This document shows, one piece after another, positions 1-8,923 of a stretch of DNA of 64,000 bases (within the stretch, counting starts at the first letter, position 1; each line of letters opens with the position of its first letter). The notes under the pieces were generated by a model. That model was not told the origin of the DNA, did no database searches, and was given only the letters and a program-made list of their open reading frames with translations. The position numbers and the translations under genes were made by a program. This DNA comes from Chloroflexota bacterium. Its GTDB lineage: Bacteria > Chloroflexota > UBA11872 > JBHOQS01. The stretch lies in NCBI GenBank assembly GCA_042408875.1, contig JBHOQS010000018.1, forward strand, positions 13,112 to 77,111. Reading direction: 5' to 3'.

Positions 1-165
1 CCGGCCGGCTACTCTCCAGCCGGCGCATCACACCTATTGTACAGCACCAGGCGTCCTCTTCCGTGCGACGAGCAGGTGCCGGCGGCGAGCTCGTGCGGCG
101 TGCAGGGGAGCGGCGCTGCTAGCACAGCGGGTCGAGCGTATTTATTGGCATTGATGTAATTTATT

Positions 166-192
166 AATAAATTTATTATTAATAAATTTATT
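166..192. repeat. Two perfect copies of the 12-bp palindrome AATAAATTTATT (166-177 and 181-192, 15-bp period) inside an AT-rich island
   Basis: Read directly. Each copy equals its own reverse complement. The flanking sequence is high-GC. Confidence 0.9.
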
Positions 193-196
193 GAAA

Positions 197-231
197 TAAA
201 AAAAGGGCAGGGCTACATAAAACCCTGCCCT
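197..231 (-). terminator. Rho-independent terminator of the XDH/CoxL-family gene
   Basis: The 9-bp stem AGGGCAGGG (204-212) pairs with CCCTGCCCT (223-231) around a 10-nt loop. On the minus strand a run of T follows (complement of the A-run 198-203). It lies about 50 nt past the stop at 279. Confidence 0.7.
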
Positions 232-278
232 TCGTTGAGAGCAAGCGTAAAGGTGAGGCGGAGCCTCAGCTACCTCAG

Positions 279-2543
279 CTACTCTGCCTTGCCGTTGCCA
301 CGCTGCTGCGCCTGGATCGCCATCACCAGCCGCTCCGGGGTGATCGGCGCCTCGCGCACGCGCACGCCAGTCGCGTCGAAGATGGCGTTGGCCATCACCG
401 CCAGGCCGGGGGTGATGGGCGGCTCACCAACGCCCTTAACGCCGAACGGACCATTACGTGTCGGCTCCTCGACCAGGATCGACTCGATCTTCGGTACATC
501 AAGGGCTGTAGGCAGGCGGTAATCCAGCAGGCCCGGGTTGATCATACGGCCGTCCGGGGCGTAGAGCATGTGCTCGTACAGCCCCCAGCCGATGCCCTGC
601 ACGACGCCGCCTTCCATCTGGCCCTCCACGGCCATGGGGTTAATCGCCTTGCCGCAGTCGAGGCCATTCCAGTAGGCCAGCACCTGCACGTTGCCGGTCT
701 CGGGATCGACGCGCACCTTGGCGATCTGTACGGCCACGGTCTGGGCGCTCGGCTCATTGGCGAACGAGCCGTGGCCTACGATGGGCCCGCCAGTCGAGCG
801 TATCGCCGACTGGGCAATCTGTGCCAGCGTGATCGCCGAGTCCGGATTGCCGCGCACGAAGACCTTCTCGTTGGCAATCTCGAGGTCATCCGGGTTGGCC
901 TCGAGCGCCTCAGCGGCCATCTCCAGCACCCGCTTGCGCACCTCTTCAGCAGCGCGCTTGACGGCGTTCCCGTAGCTGAAGGTGACGACCGAGCCGCCGG
1001 AGGCGGTGCCGTACGGCGCCGAGTCGGTGTCGCCGCGGACGATGCGCACCTTCTCATAGGGCACGCCCATCACCTCGGCAGCGATCTGAGCGCAGGCGGT
1101 ATCGGTGCCGGTGAGGTCCATCAGGCCATAGAAGACGTGCACCGACCCGTCCTCATGGAGCGAGACAATCGCTGAGGCCGGGCCAGCGCCGTTGGTCCAC
1201 TCACCGCAGGCCAGGCCCCAGCCCTCGTTCGGACCCTTGGTGCGGGTCCACCAGCCGGCCGCGTCGCAGGTCTTACGCAGCACTTCCTTGAAGGCGAGCT
1301 GGTCGCCCTCGCGCATGTTCTTCAGGCGTAGCTCAGCGGGGTCCATGCCCAGGGCATGGGCGATCTCGTCGAGCTGCACCTCGGAGGCGAATGAGGCCTG
1401 CGGCGCGCCCGGGGCGCGGTATGCGCCGGGCTTGGGCTTGTTCGTGTTAATGTCGTACGAGTCGAACTTGAAGTTCGGGATCTCGTACACACCCTTCAGC
1501 CGGCGCGTGGCATAAGAGCCGCCGGTGGCGACGCCGGTGTCCCACAGGGCGAACGCCTTGCGCGCTACGATCGTACCGTCCCGCTTCACCCCAGTCTTGA
1601 CGGTAATCACCGCGCCGGGGGCCGGTGTGGCGTCCAGGAACTCCTCACGACGAGTGTAGGCGACCTTCACCGGCCGCTTGGCCTTCATCGCCAGCAGGAC
1701 AGCGTAGGTATCCACGATGCCGCCGAATTTAGCACCGAAGCCGCCGCCGATGGTCATGCCGATGACGTTGATCTTGCTGAGCGGGATGTTGAGCGACTTG
1801 GCCAGGTTCGAGCGCACAGCGAAGTGGCCCTGCGTGCTGGTCCAGACCGTGACCTTGCCCGTCGGATCGACGTCGGCGATGGCGATCTGCGGCTCGATGT
1901 AACTTTGGTGCGCGCGATGGACGATGTAGGTATTCTCGAAGATCAGGTCGGCGTCCTTGAACGCCTCGCGCTCGATCTCCTCATCAGTGCGCGTATCGCC
2001 CTCGGCGCGGGCGAAGGCCCCCTCGGCTCCATGGACCTCGGCAGCAACGTTGTAGAGCTTGCGCCCGTCGGGCAGCGTGACGACCTTGCTGTCCTCGTTG
2101 ACGATCGGCGCGCCCTCTTTCACCGCGTCGCGCACGTCAACCACAGCCGGCAGCGGCTCGTACTCGACCTTGATACGGGAGATGGCCTCTTCGGCGATCT
2201 CACGTGTCTCCGCGGCCACTGCGGCGATCTTCTCGCCGTAGTAGCGCACCTTCTCGTCGGCGAAGAACTTCTGCACGCGGCGGGTGCCGTGCACCTCGTC
2301 CTCAGTCACCATCAGCATGTCGGCGAGGCTCTTCTGCGTGATGACAGCATGGACGCCGGGCAGCTTCTCCGCCTCGCTGGTGTCAATGCTGAGGATGCGC
2401 GCGTGGGCGTAGGGGCTGCGCAAGAACATGCCGATCAGCATGCCCGGCAGGTGGAGGTCCGCCGTGTAGCGGGCGCGGCCGGTGACCTTCTCCACGGCAT
2501 CGACGCGCGGCACGCGCTTTCCGACGACTGCGAACTCTGCCAT
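279..2543 (-). CDS. Xanthine dehydrogenase / aldehyde oxidase / CoxL-family molybdopterin-binding large subunit
   Basis: From ORF 279..2705. The N-terminus VGKRVPRVDAVEKVTGRARYTADL and the IGGGFGAKF motif are typical of the family. I moved the start to ATG 2541-2543, which is preceded by a GGGAGGGA SD 7 nt upstream. Confidence 0.85.
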   Translation of the reverse strand: MAEFAVVGKRVPRVDAVEKVTGRARYTADLHLPGMLIGMFLRSPYAHARILSIDTSEAEKLPGVHAVITQKSLADMLMVTEDEVHGTRRVQKFFADEKVRYYGEKIAAVAAETREIAEEAISRIKVEYEPLPAVVDVRDAVKEGAPIVNEDSKVVTLPDGRKLYNVAAEVHGAEGAFARAEGDTRTDEEIEREAFKDADLIFENTYIVHRAHQSYIEPQIAIADVDPTGKVTVWTSTQGHFAVRSNLAKSLNIPLSKINVIGMTIGGGFGAKFGGIVDTYAVLLAMKAKRPVKVAYTRREEFLDATPAPGAVITVKTGVKRDGTIVARKAFALWDTGVATGGSYATRRLKGVYEIPNFKFDSYDINTNKPKPGAYRAPGAPQASFASEVQLDEIAHALGMDPAELRLKNMREGDQLAFKEVLRKTCDAAGWWTRTKGPNEGWGLACGEWTNGAGPASAIVSLHEDGSVHVFYGLMDLTGTDTACAQIAAEVMGVPYEKVRIVRGDTDSAPYGTASGGSVVTFSYGNAVKRAAEEVRKRVLEMAAEALEANPDDLEIANEKVFVRGNPDSAITLAQIAQSAIRSTGGPIVGHGSFANEPSAQTVAVQIAKVRVDPETGNVQVLAYWNGLDCGKAINPMAVEGQMEGGVVQGIGWGLYEHMLYAPDGRMINPGLLDYRLPTALDVPKIESILVEEPTRNGPFGVKGVGEPPITPGLAVMANAIFDATGVRVREAPITPERLVMAIQAQQRGNGKAE

Positions 2544-2607
2544 CCGTCTGTCCCTCCCAGTCTCTCGGTCTGAGTCTGTCCGTCTGAGTGGTGAGTGTGT
2601 CCGTCTG
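2543..2607 (-). repeat. Three copies of CAGACGGA in the 5' leader, the last one running into the ATG
   Basis: TCCGTCTG occurs on the + strand at 2543-2550, 2578-2585 and 2600-2607. Confidence 0.8.
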
Positions 2608-2756
2608 CGTGGGTCCGTCCGGATGAAGGAGCGGCTCTGCGTCTGGTTCCCCGGCGAGGGTCTCATCCGGCGGCGTCGCACGGAGCCGGGCTCGTCCTCA
2701 GCCATCGCACAGTATACACCAAGCGGCGGCAGAATGGGGCAAACCCCGCGGGCGCG

Positions 2757-2786
2757 TTGACGCTCTTCTCTTGGCGGGGATAGAAT
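2757..2786 (+). promoter_or_regulatory. Sigma-70-like promoter: TTGACG, 18-nt spacer, TAGAAT
   Basis: The -35 TTGACG is at 2757-2762 and the -10 TAGAAT at 2781-2786. It lies about 190 nt upstream of the coiled-coil/NYN gene pair. Confidence 0.45.
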
Positions 2787-2975
2787 GAACTAATCGGGGT
2801 TCCCCGCCGTGGCTTCCCGCCCTGGGCCGGCACCGAGGCATGTGTGCTGGTGAGCAACCTGTTTCCTTTCAGGACGCGCGGTGAGGATCAATGCAGATGG
2901 ACGAGTGTGTTCGTTATCAATGCAGGTGGCCGCCCAGCAGCATGTCGCTGGCGCGGTTGCCAGGAAGGAGGGACG

Positions 2976-3569
2976 GTGGCTTCCAAAGCACGGCGCACGA
3001 CCAAGAAGAAAGAGCACGCGGCATCACCAGGGCAGGCCCCCCAGGCCGGCCAGCCACCCAGCGTCGATGAGGCGGCCACTATGCCGGCGCTGGCGACGGA
3101 AGGCGGCGACGGCAAGGATGGCAAGTCCGCCGAACGGTCGATTACCCACCAAGCACACCACCGGATCATGGCCCAGGCTATCAACCACCTCATCGAAGCG
3201 TTCAACGAATTCCAGAAAGACACCACGGCACAACTTACCAACATGAAGCGACAACTCAAGGACCTCGACGCAACAGTGCTGAAGCTACAACGACAAGTAG
3301 AGCAACAAGGTCAACGGCTGACGGAGATCGACGATGATGTCATGGGGCTCACGCTGGACAACAACCTCGAGCTGCGACGGCTGAAGGCGCAGGTGGACGC
3401 GCTGTGGGAGGTCATCGCGGCCAGCAGCGCGTTCGATGCCGCCCAGGTGCTCCAGAAGCGCGAGGAGGTCGAGGCGCGCGAGGATAGCCGGATCGATGAG
3501 CTCAGCCGTGAGCTCGAGGGCTACGCCGAGGCGCCAGGCGGGCGCAAGCGGGGAGGTGGTCGGGTATGA
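2976..3569 (+). CDS. Hypothetical coiled-coil protein with a basic/Pro-rich N-terminus
   Basis: From ORF 2844..3569. A GTG at 2976 is preceded by AAGGAGGGA. The segments LTNMKRQLKDLDATVLKLQRQVEQQGQRLTEIDDD and RRLKAQVDALWEV look heptad-like. The central part is about 50% GC by hand count. Confidence 0.6.
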   Translation: MASKARRTTKKKEHAASPGQAPQAGQPPSVDEAATMPALATEGGDGKDGKSAERSITHQAHHRIMAQAINHLIEAFNEFQKDTTAQLTNMKRQLKDLDATVLKLQRQVEQQGQRLTEIDDDVMGLTLDNNLELRRLKAQVDALWEVIAASSAFDAAQVLQKREEVEAREDSRIDELSRELEGYAEAPGGRKRGGGRV

Positions 3570-4402
3570 GTACCAGGCGCCTGAAACCGATCCCTGAGAC
3601 GTTCCAGCCTGAACCGGAGCCCGCGCACGCGCCGGTAGTCGTCGCTGCACCCAATGGCATCGGGCGCGCTGAGCTGGACCAGCTCGTGGAGGAGCTGCGT
3701 GAGGCGTTCCGCCAGCCGCGAGAGGTGGATATCTCCATCACCACGGCCCTGCGCGATGTAGCCGAGGCGCTGCGCGAGCAGAACGCTCGCCTGAGCGAGC
3801 CGCCCCCGCCGACGGAGCACGCGCCCGGCGTGCTGCTGCGCCTGGGCGTGTTCGTGGACGTGGCCAATGTGGCCAACCGCGAAGGCACCACCGGCTACCG
3901 CATTGACTACGGCCGGCTGCTGGAGTACCTGTCGCGCAACCGGCGGCTGGTGCATGCGCGAGCCTACTGCCCGATCATCTCGGACTACGTTGGGCGCATC
4001 CAATACCAGCGCACCGTCGCGCCGATCTGGAACAAGGGCTACAAGATCATCACCAAGCCGATCAAGACGTATCCCGACGGCACGCGCAAGGCCGATCTCG
4101 ACCTCACCCTGGCCATCGACGCCATCCGCCGCGCCGACACGATGGATGTGATGGCGCTGGTCTCCGGCGATGGCGACTTCGTGCCGCTGGTGGAGTACCT
4201 GCAGGAGCGCGGCGTGCGGGTAGAATGCTACTGCTTCGGTGAGTCCATGAGCGAGGAGCTTCGCCTGGCCGTGGACCACTTCGAAGACTTCCACAACCTG
4301 CCGCACCTCCACGTGCGCACGGGCGACTATGGCGTGGCGCCTGACGAGAGCGCGCAGGCCGTTGGCGCGGCGGCGCATGCCGCCGAGGTCGGCGCGGAGT
4401 AG
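3566..4402 (+). CDS. NYN-domain (LabA/DUF88-like, PIN-related) predicted ribonuclease with a helical N-terminal extension
   Basis: The motifs GVFVDVANV, ADLDLTLAID and LVSGDGDFVPLV match the acidic NYN/LabA signature. The start overlaps the upstream stop (ATGA at 3566-3569). Confidence 0.75.
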   Translation: MSTRRLKPIPETFQPEPEPAHAPVVVAAPNGIGRAELDQLVEELREAFRQPREVDISITTALRDVAEALREQNARLSEPPPPTEHAPGVLLRLGVFVDVANVANREGTTGYRIDYGRLLEYLSRNRRLVHARAYCPIISDYVGRIQYQRTVAPIWNKGYKIITKPIKTYPDGTRKADLDLTLAIDAIRRADTMDVMALVSGDGDFVPLVEYLQERGVRVECYCFGESMSEELRLAVDHFEDFHNLPHLHVRTGDYGVAPDESAQAVGAAAHAAEVGAE

Positions 4403-4411
4403 GTGCCCTCC

Positions 4412-4432
4412 CGCTCCCGCGCGGCGGGAGCG
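4412..4432. terminator. GC-rich hairpin between convergent genes, a possible bidirectional terminator without a U-tract
   Basis: CGCTCCCGC (4412-4420), loop GCG, GCGGGAGCG (4424-4432) form a perfect 9-bp stem. Confidence 0.3.
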
Positions 4433-4459
4433 CGGCCGGGGGGTGAGGGCAGCCCCGGC

Positions 4460-5662
4460 CTAGAGCGGAGCGAGCTCGGGCGCCCGCGTCTCCAGGAACT
4501 GCTTCACCGCCTGGAGGAAACGTGCGGCGCCCAGGCCGTCGGTGATGCGGTGGTCGAACGAGAGGCACATATTCATCAGCGAGCGAATGGCCAGCGTGCC
4601 CTCGTCGAGCGCCACTACCCGGCGCATGATCGCTTCCATAGTGACGATGCCGGCCTGGCCCATGGGAATGATCGGCGTAGACACAATGGAACCCAGCGCG
4701 CCGGTGTTGTTTACCGTAAACGTGCCGCCCTCCACATCCTGCACTGTCAGCCGTCCTGCGCGGGCTCGCGTGACTTTATCATGTGTGGCGCGAGCCAGCT
4801 CCACAAACGGCAGGAGGTCGGCGTCGTGGATCACCGGCACGACCAGGCCTTCGTCCAGGGCCACGGCCACACCGATGTTGATCCGGCCGCGGAGCAGGAT
4901 GCCTTGCTCCGTCCATGAGGCGTTCAGCACCGGCACCTGGCGCAGCCCTTCGATCACCGCGGCGATGACGAAGGGCACGTAGCTGAGCTCGAAGCCGTGG
5001 CGCTCCCGCCAGGCCTGGCGGACCTGCTCGCGCTGGCGCACCAGGTCGGTTACGTCGACTTCTACAAGCGTGGTGACGTGCGGGATGGTACGGGCGCTGG
5101 CGGCCATATGCTCGGCGATGGCGCGCCGCATGGCAGTGAGCGGCACCAAGCGGTCCTCGCGACCGGCGGCAGGAGGAGCCGCTGCCAGCACCTGGGATGC
5201 GGCCGGCTGCGTTGCCGCACGCGCCTGCACGAAGCGCAACACATCGTCGCGCGTTACGCGTCCGCCGCTGCCGGTGCCTGGCACCTGCGCCAGGTCAATG
5301 CCGTACTCTTCGGCCAGTTTGCGCACCAGCGGGGAGTAAAAGCGCCGGCCCCCACCTTCCTCGCTCCGCTGTTCGGCTCCGACAGGCACACTCGGCGCGG
5401 GCGGTTGGGCGGGCTCCGCTGCCACCTCGGTCTCAATCTCAGCGATCGGCGTGCCCACCGACACCGTCGCCCCTTCAGGCACGAGGATCCTGGCCAGCAC
5501 GCCGCCGGCCGGCGACGGGATCTCCGTAGACACCTTCGCTGTCACCACCTCGACCAGGGGCTCGTCGCGCGCGACGCGCTCTCCCTCACGCTTGAGCCAG
5601 CGCTCGACCTGTCCCTCGACCACCGACTCGCCCAGCTTGGGCATGACTATGGTGACCGGCAT
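4460..5662 (-). CDS. 2-oxoacid dehydrogenase E2 (dihydrolipoamide acyltransferase)
   Basis: It has an N-terminal lipoyl domain (MPKLGESVVEGQVERWLK...VVTAKVSTEIPSPAGG), an E3-binding segment (SPLVRKLAEEYGIDLAQVPGTGSGGRVTRDDV) and the catalytic DHRITDG motif. Confidence 0.9.
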   Translation of the reverse strand: MPVTIVMPKLGESVVEGQVERWLKREGERVARDEPLVEVVTAKVSTEIPSPAGGVLARILVPEGATVSVGTPIAEIETEVAAEPAQPPAPSVPVGAEQRSEEGGGRRFYSPLVRKLAEEYGIDLAQVPGTGSGGRVTRDDVLRFVQARAATQPAASQVLAAAPPAAGREDRLVPLTAMRRAIAEHMAASARTIPHVTTLVEVDVTDLVRQREQVRQAWRERHGFELSYVPFVIAAVIEGLRQVPVLNASWTEQGILLRGRINIGVAVALDEGLVVPVIHDADLLPFVELARATHDKVTRARAGRLTVQDVEGGTFTVNNTGALGSIVSTPIIPMGQAGIVTMEAIMRRVVALDEGTLAIRSLMNMCLSFDHRITDGLGAARFLQAVKQFLETRAPELAPL

Positions 5663-5706
5663 CTGCGCTCCTTACGCGCGTACGCGTACGAAGACGAGTA
5701 CTAATG

Positions 5707-5733
5707 TAAGACACTTAAGACACTAATAAGACT
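5707..5733. repeat. AT-rich tandem TAAGACAC x2 plus TAAGACT
   Basis: Read directly in the intergenic region upstream of the E2 start. Confidence 0.8.
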
Positions 5734-5810
5734 ATGTGTAACTAGACGCGTGCTCGGCTCGCTCAGCGCGACGAACCTGCACGGACATCCGCGAACACAG
5801 CCGCGCACGT

Positions 5811-6884
5811 CTAGCGCACCGTGACGATGACCGGCCGAATGGCGTTGTTGCCGTAGCCATAGCGGTTCCAGCGCGGCATATCGGGTTGGGTGTTGCCCAG
5901 GGCATCGGTTGCCCGTGACCGCAGGACGTGCCGCCCGGGCTCCACAGCGTTCCAGACGAACTCCCAGCTCCGCCAGGCGTGCGGCGACGCGGCTGGTAGC
6001 AGCCGCGCCTCTTGCCAGATATCCCCGCCGTCCACGGTAACCTCAACCTTGACCACCTCGGCCGCGCCAGACCATGCTTTGCCGCGCACGACCACCGGGC
6101 CGGGCGCAAGCGTCTGCCCGGGCACCGGTGTGGTAATCACCGAGCGCACTTGCATCGTCGTGACCGGCACCGACTCGGTCGCATCGTCAAAGACATAGAC
6201 ATAGCGCTGCACCTGGTAATAGCCGCGGAACGGTGCGGTGAGCGCCTCGAGGCGCTGAAGCCATTTCACACTGGCGACGCCATACCAGTCCGGCACAACC
6301 AACCGCAGTGGCGCGCCGTGCGCCGGTGTAAGCGGCTCCCCGTTCATCTCCAGGGCCAGCAACGTGTCAGGGTGCAGCGCCTTGTCCAGGGGCAGGGCGC
6401 GGGCGAAAGGGATCTCCTCCGGCCAGTCAGGAGGCCTGCCCCGGTCAGCACCGACGGCCAGGACCTCGACGACGCCGGGGCGCAGGCCGGCGCGCTCCAG
6501 TACGGCGCGCAGCGGTACGCCGCTCCAGCTTGCCGTGCTCACCGCGCCGATGTCCCACGGCTCGCCGACCGGCAGCGGCGAGAGGCCGGTGCGCTGGTTG
6601 CCGGCGCACTCCAGGGTTGCCACGAGCGTACGCACGCCCAGAGCGCGTAGCTCGTCCAGGCTCAGCTCCAGCGGCTGCTCGACGGCGCCGCCGATGCTCA
6701 GCCGGTACGTCGCCGGATTGAGCTGTGGCACAGGAAAGTGGCTGCGTACATAGAAATTCGCCGCTGGCGTCATGTCGGCGTTCAAGCACTCGAGTGGTGT
6801 CTCGGCGTTGAACGGCTCTGCCCTCACGACTACCAGCCCCACTACGGCTTGGCGAACGTTCGGGCGGTCCGGGTTCGCGTTCAT
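5811..6884 (-). CDS. Sulfite-oxidase-family molybdopterin oxidoreductase (Mo-binding plus dimerisation domain)
   Basis: The motifs FYVRSHFPVP and the Mo-ligand cysteine context ATLECAGNQR are present. The length fits the SO family. No signal peptide is evident. The SD is GAGGAGAG. Confidence 0.85.
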   Translation of the reverse strand: MNANPDRPNVRQAVVGLVVVRAEPFNAETPLECLNADMTPAANFYVRSHFPVPQLNPATYRLSIGGAVEQPLELSLDELRALGVRTLVATLECAGNQRTGLSPLPVGEPWDIGAVSTASWSGVPLRAVLERAGLRPGVVEVLAVGADRGRPPDWPEEIPFARALPLDKALHPDTLLALEMNGEPLTPAHGAPLRLVVPDWYGVASVKWLQRLEALTAPFRGYYQVQRYVYVFDDATESVPVTTMQVRSVITTPVPGQTLAPGPVVVRGKAWSGAAEVVKVEVTVDGGDIWQEARLLPAASPHAWRSWEFVWNAVEPGRHVLRSRATDALGNTQPDMPRWNRYGYGNNAIRPVIVTVR

Positions 6885-6893
6885 CTGCTCTCC

Positions 6894-6950
6894 TCTATCT
6901 TTTATCTTTTCTATCTTCTATCTTTGCCCTCTATCTTTGCCTTCTATATG
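6894..6950. repeat. Five copies of TATCTT, including CTATCTTTGCC x2, in the 5' region of the sulfite-oxidase-like gene
   Basis: TATCTT occurs at 6896, 6903, 6912, 6919 and 6932. The region is AT-rich. Confidence 0.85.
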
Positions 6951-7143
6951 TAGTGTCAAGGGGTGTTAACTGTGTTAAGCTGTTGCAGGGTCGTTCAGAC
7001 CTAAGAGTCATGAGTAGCTCAGCATAGGTCCACGGGATATACAGGATCGTCCGGCTCTCCACTGCGGCTCGCGGCCCTATTATACAGGGGCGAGAGAGGA
7101 GCACGGCCCTGGACGGTCTGCTCCTGAGAGCAGCAAGGCCGCC

Positions 7144-8028
7144 TCAGCGGCCTCCGCTGCTGTAGTCGTAGAAGCCGCGGCCGCTCTTGCGGCCGAAGGC
7201 GCCCTGGGCCACCCGCTCCACCAGCAGGGGTGGCGGCCGGTCCCGCGCGTCGCCCGAGGCGGCGTAGAGCTGCTGGGCGATGCCCAGCAGCACATCCAGC
7301 CCCACGAAGTCCGCCACCTCGAACGGCCCCATGGGGTGGTTGAGGCCCAACCGCACCGCGGTGTCGATGTCCTGGGGCGTGGCATAGCCCTGTTCCACCA
7401 GCCACAGCGCCTCCCGCACCAGCACCCACAGTAGCCGCGTGACCAGAAAGCCGGCGATGGCCCGCCGGAGCACCACCGGCTCCCGATCGATGCGGCGCAC
7501 GAAGGCCAGCAGGCGCTGGAGGGTCTCCTCGCTGGTGTGGGGGCCGCACACCACCTCCACCAGGCGCAGCACCAGCGGGGGGTTGAAGAAGTGCAGGTTG
7601 GCGCAGTGGGCCTGCCGCGCCAGGGGCAGGGGGGCGGTGAGCTGGGCGATGGGGATGCTGGAGGAGTTGGAGGTGAGCAGGGTGTGGGCGGGGCACAGCC
7701 GGTGCAGTTCCTGGAAGACCTGCTGCTTGAGGGCCAGGTCTTCGGGCACCGCCTCGATCACCAGGTCGGCCTGGGCGGCCGCCGCGGCCAGCACTGGTGT
7801 GGGCTGCACGCGGCCCAGGGCGGCCTCCAGCTCCGCGGCGGTGAGCGTCCCGCGCTGCACCCGCCGTGCCAGGAGGGTGCGCATGGTGGTCAGGGCCTGG
7901 GCAAGCTGCTGGGGCTGCACATCGTAGAGCCCCACGGTCAGGCCGTGCAGGGCGCACTGCGCAGCGATCTGCGTCCCCATCGTCCCTGCTCCCACCACGC
8001 AGACCCGCTCCACGGCATCAGTAGCCAT
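7144..8028 (-). CDS. 3-hydroxyacyl-CoA (3-hydroxybutyryl-CoA) dehydrogenase
   Basis: It has the VCVVGAGTMGTQIA Rossmann motif and family-typical C-terminal HPMGPFE and GRKSGRGFYDY. The start is ATG 8026-8028, preceded by GGAGGA. Confidence 0.88.
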   Translation of the reverse strand: MATDAVERVCVVGAGTMGTQIAAQCALHGLTVGLYDVQPQQLAQALTTMRTLLARRVQRGTLTAAELEAALGRVQPTPVLAAAAAQADLVIEAVPEDLALKQQVFQELHRLCPAHTLLTSNSSSIPIAQLTAPLPLARQAHCANLHFFNPPLVLRLVEVVCGPHTSEETLQRLLAFVRRIDREPVVLRRAIAGFLVTRLLWVLVREALWLVEQGYATPQDIDTAVRLGLNHPMGPFEVADFVGLDVLLGIAQQLYAASGDARDRPPPLLVERVAQGAFGRKSGRGFYDYSSGGR

Positions 8029-8280
8029 TCGGGTTCCTCCTAGTATGTACATCTGCGTACATCGCCTGCTTTGCTAGCCGGGCGCGGCGATTGTACCACG
8101 CTGTGTGGCTAGCGTGCGGCCCCCTGCCAGGTGCTGCCCTGCGGCGGGAAGGGCAGCGCGCGCAGGCGCTTTGACGCCGCAGCGGCCGTGTGTTATGACA
8201 TGGGCGGTAGTGAGGTTGCGCCGCAGCGGCCGTGCTCTGGGAGGCCGGGCCTGCTGCACCGCTTCCGGAGGCAAGGAGGC

Positions 8281-8910
8281 ATGCGCAACGCCGGGTCTAT
8301 AGTGGCAGGGTTCCTGGTTATCGGCGGGATCATTGCCGCTGTGACGGTGATGAACCAGGTGAGCGCCCAGCAGAAGGCGGAGGAGGAAGCGGCCAAGGCG
8401 CGCGCCGCGCAGGCGACCGCCACCGCCATCGCCGCGCGCCAGCCCACACCGCGCCCCGGCCAGGCGGCTCAGGCCCAGCAGCGGCCGGCCGGACAGCAGG
8501 CGCCTCAGGCGCAGCAACAGCAGCGGCCGGCTCAGCAGAGCGGCGGGCAGGCGCAGGCGCCACGGTCAAGCGCTCCGGCGCAGTTCCGCCCGGCGGTGCG
8601 TGAGGCGCCTCCGAAGCATCCTACGGTGACCCTGGTCGTCACCACCAGCTTCCCGGACCTGACCGTCAGCGTAGGGCTGAACCAGGATGTTCGTCAGCGC
8701 CCACGGGTGAGCCTCAACGGTGGTCCACCGCGCGAGCCGGTCACGGCTGAAGACGGCACCAAAGTCGTGCAGTTTGAGAATGTCCCGGTCGGCCGGCACG
8801 AGCTGGTGTTATATGTGCCGCCGTACTTGCCGGATACGCCGCCCCAGACCTTCCGGCGCATGATCACCATTTCGGGCAACGAACCGGTAGCCCGCTTCGC
8901 CTTCGGCTAG
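8281..8910 (+). CDS. Hypothetical membrane-anchored protein with a Gln/Ala-rich linker
   Basis: ATG 8281 follows AGGAGG. It has one N-terminal TM segment (IVAGFLVIGGIIAAVTV), a low-complexity AQ-rich region and a C-terminal beta-rich part. Confidence 0.55.
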   Translation: MRNAGSIVAGFLVIGGIIAAVTVMNQVSAQQKAEEEAAKARAAQATATAIAARQPTPRPGQAAQAQQRPAGQQAPQAQQQQRPAQQSGGQAQAPRSSAPAQFRPAVREAPPKHPTVTLVVTTSFPDLTVSVGLNQDVRQRPRVSLNGGPPREPVTAEDGTKVVQFENVPVGRHELVLYVPPYLPDTPPQTFRRMITISGNEPVARFAFG

Positions 8911-8923
8911 ACGGACCTGGCAG

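Noticed and set aside
1-159. An open frame running from the window edge to TAA 157-159, possibly the 3' end of a + strand gene.
   Set aside because: Only 52 codons are visible, with no recognisable motif. It cannot be supported from this window.
2544-2705. N-terminal extension of the XDH-family ORF (54 extra codons), and the possibility of a Moco riboswitch in this leader.
   Set aside because: The extension is a low-complexity translation of the CAGACGGA repeats, and a strong SD precedes ATG 2543. I could not recognise the Moco RNA motif by eye, so the riboswitch is unsupported without an Infernal search.
7078-7083. A minus-strand TATAAT about 194 nt upstream of the sulfite-oxidase-like gene, and a TTGACA at about 6965-6970.
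   Set aside because: Neither hexamer has a properly spaced partner element, so I did not call a promoter.
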